Below the pieces are notes generated by a model. The model worked only from the letters and a program-made list of their open reading frames with translations. It did no database searches and had not been told where the DNA came from. A DNA stretch of 63,859 bases, the filler included, from Octopus bimaculoides (taxonomy: Eukaryota), in the NCBI RefSeq assembly GCF_001194135.2. It is 6 parts of 6 records of this genome, joined end to end, with 100 filler letters (N's around TTAATTAATTAA, not from the genome) between each part and the next. Parts side by side here need not be neighbours in the genome. Positions count along the whole stretch, not along the records: positions 1 to 16,107 come from NC_068983.1; positions 16,208 to 37,955 come from NC_069006.1; 4 more parts are not named here. One strand, 5' to 3'. Position numbers and translations under genes: made by a program. This document shows, one piece after another, positions 11,302 to 23,660 of the stretch (positions are counted from its first letter, which is position 1; each line of letters opens with the position of its first letter).

Positions 11302-11354
11302 CCGACCTTGATGGAAGGGAATTATCAAAAGGGAGAAAGTTACTGACGTGTTAA
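11302..11354 (+). CDS. Possible short terminal exon of an unidentified host gene
   Basis: A very long polypyrimidine tract (11225-11290) ends in CATAG at 11301. The frame reads xDLDGRELSKGRKLLTC*, with AATAAA at ~11377. I recognise no homology. Confidence 0.25.
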
Positions 11355-12109
11355 ATAATGACTAATCATTTGCTGGAATAAAACATTTTATCTTGGAGAG
11401 AGAGGAAGAGGGAGATAATAATTTTTATCGACCAACTGTCAAAGCGGAATAGTGGTGGGATGGAGGGGGAAATAAAATGCATTTTACTGCTGCACATTCT
11501 TTTTACATCTTTCATCTGATTTTGGATAATCACAGGTCAGAAACAAGAAATAGAATTAACAACAGAATGTGAAAATAGCAACAGAAATGCAAGCATTGAC
11601 TTTAATACAGGATGATGGAGACAGAAACAAAGAATGTGCTATTGTTGCCAGCTGCATTGATCAATGAAGGATGGTGTTATTTAGGTCACAGAACATTGAG
11701 ATGCACACTGTAACTTAAGGAATATAGATAACTAATGATGTATCATGGATGTAGATACAACATAGAGAAGAGTTCATAAGTCTGTGAGATAATAACATAC
11801 ATACTCTCCATTTGTGTGTGAGGGGTGCACATGTGAACATGCAAAAAAGCATATGTGAGAGAGTGGGTGAGTCTGGGGTTTGATTATACTGCTCACGTAT
11901 ATGGAATAATAGTGTATGAGATTCAGTCTTGTATTCATACCAGAAGAGCATATTTTTGTACCTATCCTTATGGTCTTGTAGTTGGTTCACTTATAAATAT
12001 CTCTCAATACAGCTCATGTCCCAACTCTTATATTTAACAACTTGCTATAAATAGTTTGTATACTCCTTGGTTAATATTCAAATAGAAAGTAAGAGGGTGA
12101 ATTGTTAAC

Positions 12110-12292
12110 TCTATGGGTAAAACGTTTGGTGATATTTCTTCTGTCTTTACATTCTGGGTTCAAATTCCGCCGAGGCTGACTTTGCCTTTCATCTTTCCAG
12201 AGTTGATAAAATAAGTAGCAGTTGGGCACTGGGGACAATGTAATCGACTTACTCACCTAAAATTACTGGCCTTATGCTAAAATTTGAAACCA
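12110..12292 (+). mobile_element. SINE family 3 fragment
   Basis: ttctgggttcaaattccgccgaggctgactttgcctttcatc..gataaaataagtagcagttgggcactgggg. Confidence 0.75.
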
Positions 12293-12637
12293 AAATTTAT
12301 ATTTATATATATATATATATATNNNNNNNNNNNNNNNNNNNNNNNNNNNNNNNNNNNNNNNNNNNNNNNNNNNNNNNNNNNNNNNNNNNNNNNNNNNNNN
12401 NNNNNNNNNNNNNNNNNNNNNNNNNNNNNNNNNNNNNNNNNNNNNNNNNNNNNNNNNNNNNNNNNNNNNNNNNNNNNNNNNNNNNNNNNNNNNNNNNNNN
12501 NNNNNNNNNNNNNNNNNNNNNNNNNNNNNNNNNNNNNNNNNNNNNNNNNNNNNNNNNNNNNNNNNNNNNNNNNNNNNNNNNNNNNNNNNNNNNNNNNNNN
12601 NNNNNNNNNNNNNNNNNNNNNNNNNNNNNNNNNNNNN

Positions 12638-12697
<60 letters not shown>

Positions 12698-12708
12698 CTA
12701 TAGATATA

Positions 12709-12926
12709 CAATAGTCCCTTGCCATATCGCGGTTCACCTATTGCAGTTTATTATTTGAGTTTATGTCAATTCCTCTGTTGTCTTGCATTTATAATAAAAT
12801 AAATATATACAAATTATAAAAATAATTAAAAAAAATACACAGTACAGTACTGTTTCTACTTTGTGGATTTTCACCTATTGCGGGGGGCCTTGGAACGTAA
12901 CACCCACAATAGTCAAGCGATTACTG
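12709..12926. mobile_element. pogo/Tigger-like MITE
   Basis: TA-caatagtcccttgccatatcgcgg...cacccacaatagtcaagcgattactg-TA: imperfect CAGT..ACTG-type termini with TA flanks, 218 bp, non-coding. Confidence 0.6.
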
Positions 12927-13339
12927 TATATATATTTATATATATATATAAATATATTATAACACTCCACTTTTTCCATTCAATCTTTCAAATTTTATAT
13001 CCATGCATTTTATATATGGGTTATTATTATGTATTTATATAAAATGTTTTGATATATTTGTCGTATTTTTTCCAAATAGACGGTAATTACAAACTCTTCA
13101 TTAACCCCGTAGGAAACCTTATGTAGAGGCTTGTTATGTATAGACATTGTACAAATATAATGTGAATGATAATTATGGTGCATGTAACTCATTAAATAAG
13201 TCTTGCAACATGTAATTCACTGAGAGGGAATGTTGGGTCTAAATTAATTTATATAATTAGATGAGTTATAGCTATATATGAGAGGATAGATAGAAAGTAT
13301 GGAACTAGTAAAGAAAATAGAATAGATCTAAATGTAATC

Positions 13340-13556
13340 CTTTCTACCACAGGCAAAATGCTTGAAATTTTGGGGTGGTGGGGATAGTAAATTTCATTGA
13401 CCACAGTGTTTGAGTGGTTCAGATTTTATTGACTCCCAAAAGGATGAAAGGCAATGTTGACCTCAGCTGAATTTGAACTCAGAATGTAAAGACAGACAAA
13501 ATGCTGCTTAGATGCCTTTTGCCCAGAATACAAAGAATTCTACTAGCTCACTGCTT
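13340..13556 (-). mobile_element. SINE family 3, strongly CpG-decayed copy
   Basis: Plus strand aggatgaaaggcaatgttgacctcagctgaatttgaactcagaatgtaaagacagac is the reverse complement of the family body. Confidence 0.75.
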
Positions 13557-13811
13557 TTGATAGACATAAATATAATGTGATGATCTTTTTAGGTTAGTGA
13601 CAAAAGGCTGAGACTTTAGAATGTAAGAAACTTTTCGATATTGAAATTTGTCCTTTGTTGTTGCTGTTGTTGTTGTTCTAAAGCTAATATTAAATTTTTA
13701 TAGAGATTCATAACAGAGGAAACCAAAGGTAAATTACCAGGGCCTCGGGTTGTTTAAATTTCTTGTGTATGGAATTAGGAAGCTGTATTAGTTGACCATA
13801 CATATGTATAT

Positions 13812-14635
13812 CATCATCATCATCATCATCCCCACCACCATCATCTTCATTTAACATCTGTTTCCATACTGGTTTGGACTGGATGGTTTAACAGGATCTG
13901 GGGAACCACAGGGCTGTATTGTGCTCCATGTCAGCTTCGTCATGGCTTCTATGTCTGGTTGCCTTTCCTTTACAGAGTGTACTGGGTGCTTTTCTTCTGC
14001 CACTGGCTCTAGTGAGGTCACTAAATGACTTGCAAGGCAGAGATAAAAATAAACAGCTCTTTCAAGATCATCTTCATCATCATTCATGTCCATTTTCTAT
14101 GCTGGCATGTGTTGGTCAGTTTGACAGAATCCAGCAGTTCACTGGGTTGCACAGAACTCCAGATCCACTGGGCTGCACAGAGCTTTTGTTTACTAACACT
14201 AACAACTTTACAGTGATTACTGGCTTCTATTTTCCTGATAGCTTGCACTAGTGAAGTGGCCAAGTCACTTTCAAGGAAAGAATGGAGAAAGCAAAAGATC
14301 TCTTCCAAGCAGGCAAAGCAGGGGTGGTTGTTTGATGTGGGGGGAAGTAGCTTATTACCAGGGGAAATTAGAGATGTCTTGCTTTTGAGAATATACATGG
14401 CTACCCTACATTATATAAAGGTGGCTTGGAGTAGCTGGGAAGTAAATAAGATGGCTGCGATAGGGATCCAAAGCAAACCCTCAAGGAACAAGTGATGATA
14501 GAGACAGTGGATCAGGAATGGGGAGTTAGATGAAAGAAATAGAAGCTTAGGGAATATAGATCAATAAGTAGGAGATGATGAGTTAGGCAAAGGAGCAGTG
14601 AGAAGAGATGTAGAGGTATACAAGAGTGTCTACAG
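13812..14635 (-). mobile_element. Family 4 retroposon with tandem RTE-type 3' tails
   Basis: (CAT)n-ttaacatctgtttccat tails at ~13812-14035 and ~14065-14260. The inverse of the family 4 motif lies at 14371-14405. The 5' end near 14632 resembles 8325-8350. Confidence 0.55.
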
Positions 14636-14702
14636 TGAGTGTGTGTGGTGGTGCCCACATGCACATGCACATACACACACATACACATATATATACATTT
14701 AC

Positions 14703-14753
<51 letters not shown>

Positions 14754-15601
14754 NNNNNNNNNNNNNNNNNNNNNNNNNNNNNNNNNNNNNNNNNNNNNNN
14801 NNNNNNNNNNNNNNNNNNNNNNNNNNNNNNNNNNNNNNNNNNNNNNNNNNNNNNNNNNNNNNNNNNNNNNNNNNNNNNNNNNNNNNNNNNNNNNNNNNNN
14901 NNNNNNNNNNNNNNNNNNNNNNNNNNNNNNNNNNNNNNNNNNNNNNNNNNNNNNNNNNNNNNNNNNNNNNNNNNNNNNNNNNNNNNNNNNNNNNNNNNNN
15001 NNNNNNNNNNNNNNNNNNNNNNNNNNNNNNNNNNNNNNNNNNNNNNNNNNNNNNNNNNNNNNNNNNNNNNNNNNNNNNNNNNNNNNNNNNNNNNNNNNNN
15101 NNNNNNNNNNNNNNNNNNNNNNNNNNNNNNNNNNNNNNNNNNNNNNNNNNNNNNNNNNNNNNNNNNNNNNNNNNNNNNNNNNNNNNNNNNNNNNNNNNNN
15201 NNNNNNNNNNNNNNNNNNNNNNNATATATATATATATATATATACATATACACTTATATATACAAATATGTGGCAACATATACATACATATATGTACATA
15301 TACATGCAGATGAACACACACACACATACACACACATTTCTTTTTACAAGAAAAAGGTTTGCAATAGCTTTGGTGCCTTAGCTTACTATTCTTTATCAGA
15401 GTGTGTGATGACAGTAAGCCAAAACTTTGAAGTTTCTGTTACCCATTTCCTTTCATGAATTGATAAATATTACTTTACTCAAAAGTATTGAGAGATCCTT
15501 CAACTGAATATTAAATTTTATATATATATATATATAGCTTCATACGAAAACAAACATTAATATGTGTTTATACATCATCATCATCATTATCGCTTCACAT
15601 T

Positions 15602-16107
15602 TAGGGGCCCACCAAGAATCAGTCCTCAGCCCCCCACCCCACCCCACTTATTCATCATAGTCCTCCAGGCAATAACAGAGGAATTCAATACAGGATGCCC
15701 GTGGGACCCTCTCTATGCTGATGACCTTGCTCTAATTGCTGAGTCACTATCAGAACTAGAGGAGAAGTTTCAGGTGTGGAAGCAAGGATTAGAATCGAAG
15801 GGCCTTAGAGTCAACATAGCTAAAACCAAAGTCTTAATAAGTAGGAAGGGAGACAAACCACAAATCCCTTCAAGTAGATGGCCCTGCTCGATTTGTAGAA
15901 AAGACATTGATAGAAACTCCGTAAGATGTACCCAGTGTAAGCTATGGACACATAAGAGGTGCAGCAATATCAAAGGAAGGCTAACTGGGAAGATAGTTTT
16001 TGTATGTGGCAAATGCTCAGAAGCAATAAACACTGAAAATGTGCAGAGAACAGCTTGTCACATTCCAGGGAGAAAAACTAGAAGTAGCTGATAGCTTCTG
16101 TTACCTA
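15602..16107 (+). mobile_element. RTE-clade LINE reverse transcriptase fragment with PHD-like finger
   Basis: HQ.SVLSP/LFIIVLQAITEEFNTGCPWDPLYADDLALIAES..GLRVNIAKTKVL (YADD at 15714-15725), then CSIC-x10-CTQC-x4-H-x2-C-x14-CGKC (15885-16016), then LEVADSFCYL after a frameshift; cut by a gap. Confidence 0.9.
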
Positions 16108-16151
16108 NNNNNNNNNNNNNNNNNNNNNNNNNNNNNNNNNNNNNNNNNNNN

Positions 16152-16163
16152 TTAATTAATTAA
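16152..16163. other. Synthetic assembly linker TTAATTAATTAA inside a 100-bp N spacer (also at 38000, 40169, 60578, 62778)
   Basis: The identical 12-mer, which gives stops in all six frames, is flanked by ~44 N on each side at five places. Confidence 0.95.
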
Positions 16164-16269
16164 NNNNNNNNNNNNNNNNNNNNNNNNNNNNNNNNNNNNN
16201 NNNNNNNTGTATAGGTAGATAGATAAATAGATAAATAGGTAGACAGACAGACACACAGATAGATGGACG

Positions 16270-16310
<41 letters not shown>

Positions 16311-16349
16311 AATTGATAGAGAGGAGTAATATGTAGCGTATCTTTTACG

Positions 16350-16560
16350 TTGCGCATCTCACTAATTAGGCACCACTTCCATGTTGCATATCTAAGCGGC
16401 CATTTGAAAAACCAAACGCTGTTTACAACATCCGGCCGACGTCTTCTTTCAAATTTCAAGGCTTCGTTCTTGCAAACGATGTGTTATAAAAAGCGCAAAT
16501 TCGTAAGACCCTCCCCGCCCTCATTCACAAATACATCCACGATTGCACGCCAAACAAGGT
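16350..16560. promoter_or_regulatory. CpG-rich island with clustered promoter-type motifs
   Basis: GCGGCCATTTG (YY1-like) 16396-16406, TGTTTAC 16420-16426, ACATCCGG (ETS, minus) 16428-16435, TATAAAAA 16485-16492, CCCCGCCC (GC box) 16513-16520. Motif evidence only. Confidence 0.3.
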
Positions 16561-16844
16561 GTATGTGTGTGAGTGCGCTCTTGTGTGTGAAAGAGACAGA
16601 GAGAGAAAGACAGAGCGTGGCTATATGCAGGCGTGTGTATGTGTGTGTATCCGCGTATACGTGGCTATGTGTGCGTATCCGTTTGTGCGTACTTTGTGCT
16701 ACGTGTTATAGATACGTTTTATATGTTATGGATGGCTAAACGCATTTCTGTATCTGTATTTCTCCTGACAGAGTGTGTATACACATATACACACCTATAT
16801 ATACATGCATGAATATCAAGATACATATATATATATATTCTTTT

Positions 16845-17043
16845 GTTTTTGTCAGTCATTTTGACTGCGGCTATGGTGGATCGCCGCCATTAGTAGAACA
16901 AATCGACCCCAGGACTCATTCTTTGTAACCCTAGTACTTGTATGATTTATCATCACTTTCGCCGAACCGCCAAGTTACGAGGACGTAAATACACTAAAAT
17001 CGGCTGTCAAGTGATAGTGGGGTGACAAACATCGACATACAAC

Positions 17044-17075
<32 letters not shown>

Positions 17076-17477
17076 NNNNNNNNNNNNNNNNNNNNNNNNN
17101 NNNNNNNNNNNNNNNNNNNNNNNNNNNNNNNNNNNNNNNNNNNNNNNNNNNNNNNNNNNNNNNNNNNNNNNNNNNNNNNNNNNNNNNNNNNNNNNNNNNN
17201 NNNNNNNNNNNNNNNNNNNNNNNNNNNNNNNNNNNNNNNNNNNNNNNNNNNNNNNNNNNNNNNNNNNNNNNNNNNNNNNNNNNNNNNNNNNNNNNNNNNN
17301 NNNNNNNNNNNNNNNNNNNNNNNNNNNNNNNNNNNNNNNNNNNNNNNNNNNNNNNNNNNNNNNNNNNNNCTCTGGTCGGCCCAAAAGCCACTAGTCCAAG
17401 GTACCATGCCGTGAAATGGAACCGGGGACTATGTCGTTCGGAAGCAAATGTCTTACCGCAGAACCAGACCCGGGCCT
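16845..17477 (-). mobile_element. SINE family 2 copy (spans gap)
   Basis: tcagtcattttgactgcggc..atcgaccccaggac..gccgaaccgccaagttacg, and after the gap tggtcggcccaaaagcc..gaaccgggga. Confidence 0.8.
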
Positions 17478-18137
17478 GGTTTTTCCAAACAATCTTCGAA
17501 CATACTTCAAAACAGATTTAAAGTTTCTTAATCAGAAAATATAAGGGCGTTTTCATGATTGGATTTTTCTTCAATAACCTAAATATATTTCCATTATTCA
17601 TTGAAATATGTTAGCAAACATAATCTACAAAAGTAGTTCAAGATAGACATTAGTTATTAACATTTCAAAGTTCTGGATGACTTTTGCTGTGTGTGTGCGT
17701 GTTCATGTGTGTCTTTGTATGTATGCATGTGTACGTGTAGAAGCAAAAACGCACATTTCTGGGCGCACACCGACAGGCCGCACACTTAGAAATGTCAACC
17801 AAAGCTTAAAAGGTTAATAACTATGTTATCTCTGAAATATTTCCATTGATTTTTTTTTTTTTTTTTACAAATTTCTATAAAATATGGAAATTACATGCGT
17901 ATGTGTGTGTATGTACGTCTACGAGTTTGTCTGCGTTAGAGTGTACGTTAATCCGCTTATCTCTCTCTAGTGATTTATTTAAATATACTTCTCTCTTTCT
18001 TTATAAAACATACACTCAAACGTACATACATCCGGTCAATTCAAGAATATATGGTTTTAGACAAACACAAACATTGAGAGAGAGCGTGTGGATAAACGTT
18101 AGAAAGGAGCACTCAACACATTTTGCAGGAGTTCCAT

Positions 18138-18354
18138 GTGTTCTTTTCTACTGTAGGCACAAGGCCAGAAATTTTTGGAGAGGGGGCCAGTCGATCAGAT
18201 CGACCCCAGTACGCAACTGGCACTTAATTTATCGACCCCGAAAGGATGAAAGGCAAAGTCGACCATATCGGAATTTGAACTCAGAACGTAAAGACACGAA
18301 ATACCACTAAGCATCTCGCCCGGCGTGCTAACGTTTCTGCCAGCTCGCCGCCTT
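18138..18354 (-). mobile_element. SINE family 3, CpG-intact copy
   Basis: Minus strand aaggcggcgagctggcagaaacgttagcacgccgggcg..gagttcaaattccg..gtcgactttgcctttcatcctttcggggtcgataaattaag. Confidence 0.85.
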
Positions 18355-18469
18355 AATAATAATAAATAATAATAATAAAAAGAGGGTTCTAAGTACTTGA
18401 AAGCTTGCTGAAAACTTATGGACACCTACAGTAACCTGCTACGCACGTAAATCCTACCAGGACAAAAAG

Positions 18470-18632
18470 CAAAGCTGAGCCAAACCAAAACAGTGATAAT
18501 AAATCTTGTGGGATGAAATGTTACAGTGTGACCATCAGATCGGACATCGGAAACCTGACATTAATGTGGTGAACAAAAAAGAAAAGATGATAATCGATAT
18601 AGCATATTCCAGTGACAACAGGATGAGGATCC
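18470..18632 (+). mobile_element. R4/Dong-type restriction-like endonuclease (RLE) fragment of a non-LTR retrotransposon
   Basis: From 18503: ILWDEMLQCDHQIGHRKPDINVVNKKEKMIIDIAYSSDNRMR, matching the ILWD..QxD..I..RxPDI......IIDIA (PD..D) pattern. Confidence 0.75.
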
Positions 18633-18679
18633 GTAATTTGGTACTGAACAACCTGCACAGGTGATCGATTTATAGGGGT

Positions 18680-18885
18680 CAAATGGTTGTTCTGTACCTA
18701 AGCTCATTCGCTCCATCACAATCTATTTTACCTGTACAGGTGCGCGGTGTGTCACTTGTCAGGTGTAGAAATAACGTGAGAGGAAGTGTCTTGCGCAAGA
18801 AAACAACGCACCAACCGCTCCGGGAAAGCGAAACCATGATCTTGCGATTGTAAGCGCAACACACTAACCCCTAAGCCACACACAC
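18680..18885 (-). mobile_element. tRNA-derived CORE-like SINE, diverged
   Basis: Minus strand gtgtggcttaggggttagtgtgttgcgc..ggtttcgctttccc..ttcttgcgcaagacacttcc. Confidence 0.6.
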
Positions 18886-19214
18886 AATTGCATACATACA
18901 TACATACGTATACACAAATATATATTTCGCGAAGGAATGTATATACAATTGTATATCGGGGCTGAAGAGATAATTTTACGAAAGTAAACTCAGAAAGTTT
19001 AAAGTTTGAGTGTGTGTGTATAAGGAGTCGCGGTGGGATTAGCCGGGGTTAAAGTTAACTGATAAAAGTACGGAACGGGGCATGAACTGGGTAGAAGATA
19101 AACAACATTATACCAAAGAACAAAAAAAAATCCACAACAACAACCAATCAGACATAACAACAACAACGCCTGTCTGGGTTTGTCTACGAGAAAGACTAAA
19201 CAAAAGCATATATA

Positions 19215-19238
19215 TATATATACACATACACACACATA

Positions 19239-19299
<61 letters not shown>

Positions 19300-19420
19300 N
19301 NNNNNNNNNNNNNNNNNNNNNNNNNNNNNNNNNNNNNNNNNNNNNNNNNNNNNNNNNNNNNNNNNNNNNNNNNNNNNNNNNNNNNNNNNNNNNNNNNNNN
19401 NNNNNNNNNNNNNNNNNNNN

Positions 19421-19477
<57 letters not shown>

Positions 19478-19744
19478 TCTACACACATATATATATAAAT
19501 ATATATACTTATGTATGTATCTAAGAATATATACTTACATATATATATATATAGGCATACATGTATACACCTATATACATATATATATTCATACCTACGT
19601 ACACACACACGTATATATACATATATATACATACACACACATATGTATATATACATATATATACATGCATACACACACGTGTATATATATACATAAATAT
19701 ATACATACATACACACACATGTATATATACATAAATATATACAT

Positions 19745-19792
<48 letters not shown>

Positions 19793-19953
19793 ACATACAC
19801 ACACATGTATATATATATGTATGTACGTGTACACAGACGTATATACGTGTTTATGTATACGCAAAAATAACAATAGGCATTAGCAACAACAATAACAATT
19901 CTCTTCTGCAGTATATCCTGAACAACAAAAAATAACAACAATAAAACGGCAAT

Positions 19954-20012
<59 letters not shown>

Positions 20013-20030
20013 CGACGACGACGACGACGA
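19215..20030. repeat. Compound (CA)n/(TA)n/degenerate TA-CA and (AAC)n microsatellites
   Basis: Directly visible. Confidence 0.95.
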
Positions 20031-20567
20031 TAGCAACACTGTTAAATAATAATGAGAAAAACAAAACGCGGTGTATATTTATCTACAATAACAACCACAA
20101 CAACAACAACAAAAATAAGTATTTTAAAAAAAAAACTTTAAAAAAGAAACAAACAAACAAAAAAAAAGAAATAAAAACTTAAGTCAACAAAGATAAAAAA
20201 ACAACCAATCACAAACGCCGACTGATCGGATAAACACGTGAGAAAGTAGCGAAGTTGGAAACCAATTTCGTTTTTTGGATGCGAAAGGCTTTCCGTTGGT
20301 GTCTTCGTTATTTTTATGGTATTTTGTTGGAGTTGATCGAAATGGCTGTTTGCTTGCTTGTCTGCCATTGTTATTCTTCCAGATGATGATGATGATGATG
20401 ATCGTCATCATCATCATTGTCGTCTTCGTTGTCATCATCATAATCATCACTGCCATCATCTTCCTTCATCATCGTAATTGTTGTGATGGTCGTCGTCGTC
20501 GTCTTCCTCTTCATGGTCATCCTCTCCATGTTTTCCTTCGACTTCTCCTCTTCTCTCTCCTCTCATC

Positions 20568-20796
20568 CTTATGGCACTCCGTCGCTTACGACGTCGAAGG
20601 TTCCAGTTGATCCGATCAACGGAACAGCCTCCTCGTGAAATTCGCGTGCAAGTGGTTGAGCACTCCACAGACACGTGTACCCTTAACGTAGGTGTTTTCG
20701 CTCAATAAACACTCACAACGCCCAGTCTGGGAATCGAAACAGCGATCTTATGACCGCGAGTCCGCTGCCCTAACCACTGGGCCATTGCGCCTCCAC
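20568..20796 (-). mobile_element. SINE family 1, internally deleted copy with clear tRNA head
   Basis: Minus strand gtggaggcgcaatggcccagtggttagggcagcggactcgcgg..gtttcgattccc (A and B boxes). The 3' half is homologous to 7165-7290. Confidence 0.8.
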
Positions 20797-21228
20797 CCTC
20801 TCATCCTCATACCAAGTATAACTCTTTCCACTAACACTGTCGGTCAACTGGTTATTTCCCCACTCACTGCTCCATTCATCCACTTGAAGCAACTGTACAC
20901 ACACGTGCCATCTTTTAAGGACACAAAAATTTAAGTCTGAAGACCTAACAAACCTTTTCCTTTTTGCTTTTTTCGTTTTCCATTTCCTTTTATTTTTTTG
21001 TCTCCTGTCAACCTTCGATCTGCTGTCAAATATTCCTCTACTAAAGTTCAACTCATTCTGATGATGTTTCTTACATGGAACGAGATCAACAGAAGTTTAC
21101 CTCAAAAATAACAAACAGAAACAGCTGTAACTGTTATCTTAACCATAATTAAACTGCGATCATTCAATACTAATGATCGACTTCTAATTTTTACATATTG
21201 CTCCATTTCTTTTCTTACCTCATATCTG

Positions 21229-21440
21229 TGTGTCTGTGTTTGTCCACCCACCATCGCTTGACAACTGATGTTGATATGTTTATGTACCCATAACTCAGCG
21301 GTTCGGCAAAAGGGACCGATAGAATAAGTACCAGGCTTACAAAGAATAAGTCCTGGGGGTCGATTTGTTCGACGGTGCTCCAGCATGGCCGCAGTCAAAT
21401 GACTGAAGCAAATAAAAGAATGAAAGAATAAAAGAAAAGA
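21229..21440 (+). mobile_element. SINE family 2, 3' half
   Basis: gtttgtcc..catcgcttgacaac..gcggttcggcaaaagggaccgatagaataagtac..ccagcatggccgcagtcaaatgactgaa plus A-rich tail. Confidence 0.85.
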
Positions 21441-21769
21441 TTATTTATTATATTTGGGTGCAGAACGTGAGAGATTTAACTGCTATTTCTTGCAGATAGA
21501 AGGACCAGGTAAATGTTCTCACATTATCGGGTTTTTTCCTAAGTTTACGTTTAAGGTTGAAGGGCGACATTTTTTTTTTTTTTAATTTATGGGAGCAGTT
21601 TGAATGTATTTACCATTCGGGAAAGGAATTCCTCAAAGACATTAGTCTTCGTGTACATCTCTTCTGTCAAAGAACACTCAGCAGCCATTATTACGACCCC
21701 ATGTACTTCCAACCAAAACAATCAAACAAAAACGCCACTAATAGCAACAACAGCGACAACCAGCTCTAC

Positions 21770-22127
<358 letters not shown>

Positions 22128-22579
22128 NNNNNNNNNNNNNNNNNNNNNNNNNNNNNNNNNNNNNNNNNNNNNNNNNNNNNNNNNNNNNNNNNNNNNNNNN
22201 NNNNNNNNNNNNNNNNNNNNNNNNNNNNNNNNNNNNNNNNNNNNNNNNNNNNNNNNNNNNNNNNNNNNNNNNNNNNNNNNNNNNNNNNNNNNNNNNNNNN
22301 NNNNNNNNNNNNNNNNNNNNNNNNNNNNNNNNNNNNNNNNNNNNNNNNNNNNNNNNNNNNNNNNNNNNNNNNNNNNNNNNNNNNNNNNNNNNNNNNNNNN
22401 NNNNNNNNNNNNNNNNNNNNNNNNNNNNNNNNNNNNNNNNNNNNNNNNNNNNNNNNNNNNNNNNNNNNNNNNNNNNNNNNNNNNNNNNNNNNNNNNNNNN
22501 NATAATATATAAATTTGTGGTCGAGCGATTTTCAATACAGTTGCCTTGTCTGCTAGAAAAGTAACCAGTTAACGGAGAA

Positions 22580-22773
22580 GGGAGGAGGAGGAGATAATGA
22601 TGAGGAAGACAACGAAGAAATAAAGTACTACTTTAGTGTGTATGTGCAAAGTACAGTGCACCTCATCGACCCATTTCCAATAAGGTAAAGTGAAAAGAAA
22701 ACGTGATCCGAGGGACGAGGTGGAGGGGGAACCGAGAGTGAGAGGAGGATAAGGAGAAGAGGAGGAGGAGGAA

Positions 22774-22817
<44 letters not shown>

Positions 22818-23212
22818 AGGAAGAGGCGAGGAAGAAGAAAACGCTGTTGCTACTGGAGTTGATGTTGATGTTGATGATGATGTAGAAGAGGGAAAAGTTA
22901 AACAATAAAAGAAATACAAAAACAAAGAAAAATAATAAAATTTAATAGTAGTAGTAGAAAGAAGACGTTGTTGCTACTGTAGATGATGATGATGATGATG
23001 ATAGCGAAGAAGGAGGAGAAAAGAAAGACGGAGGGGGAGCTCTGCTGCTAGCGATGATGATAATGATGATGATGATGACAAAGACGATGGTGGTGAAGAA
23101 GTAAAAGAAAAAAAAAGAAGGAAAGAAGAAGAAGAAGAAGAAGAAGAAGAAGAAGAAGAAGAAGAAGAAGAAGATGATGAAGAAGAAGAAGAAGATGAAG
23201 AAGAAGAAGGAT
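22580..23212. repeat. Purine-rich trinucleotide repeat region (GAG/TAG/GAT/GAA)
   Basis: Directly visible. Confidence 0.9.
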
Positions 23213-23605
23213 TACGTTGGACTAGGTGGATACAGTTGTAACATTTTAATCATAGGTCTGGCGAATGAGATCTGACATGGCGCTCAACAAGTGTGCAATT
23301 TGTAATGTTTCAATATGATTTCTCTACCATTCATCACCGCACTGAACCCCCTTCTCCTTAACCATCTAGTCCCCTACGCTGAAATTGATCCATCCATCGA
23401 TCCATCGATAAACCTATCCATCAAACTGTCTATCCATTCATTACAGCAATCAATCGATCAGTTGATTCTGTCCGTTCCACCCTCGCATATCCAGCTATAT
23501 TTCCATCCACCCATCCATCCATACATACATACATACATACATCCTTTGAACAAAGCCACCACTTGTTTTTTTTCTTACAGCTGCCCTTCTACCCCGCTAT
23601 TTCTC

Positions 23606-23660
<55 letters not shown>

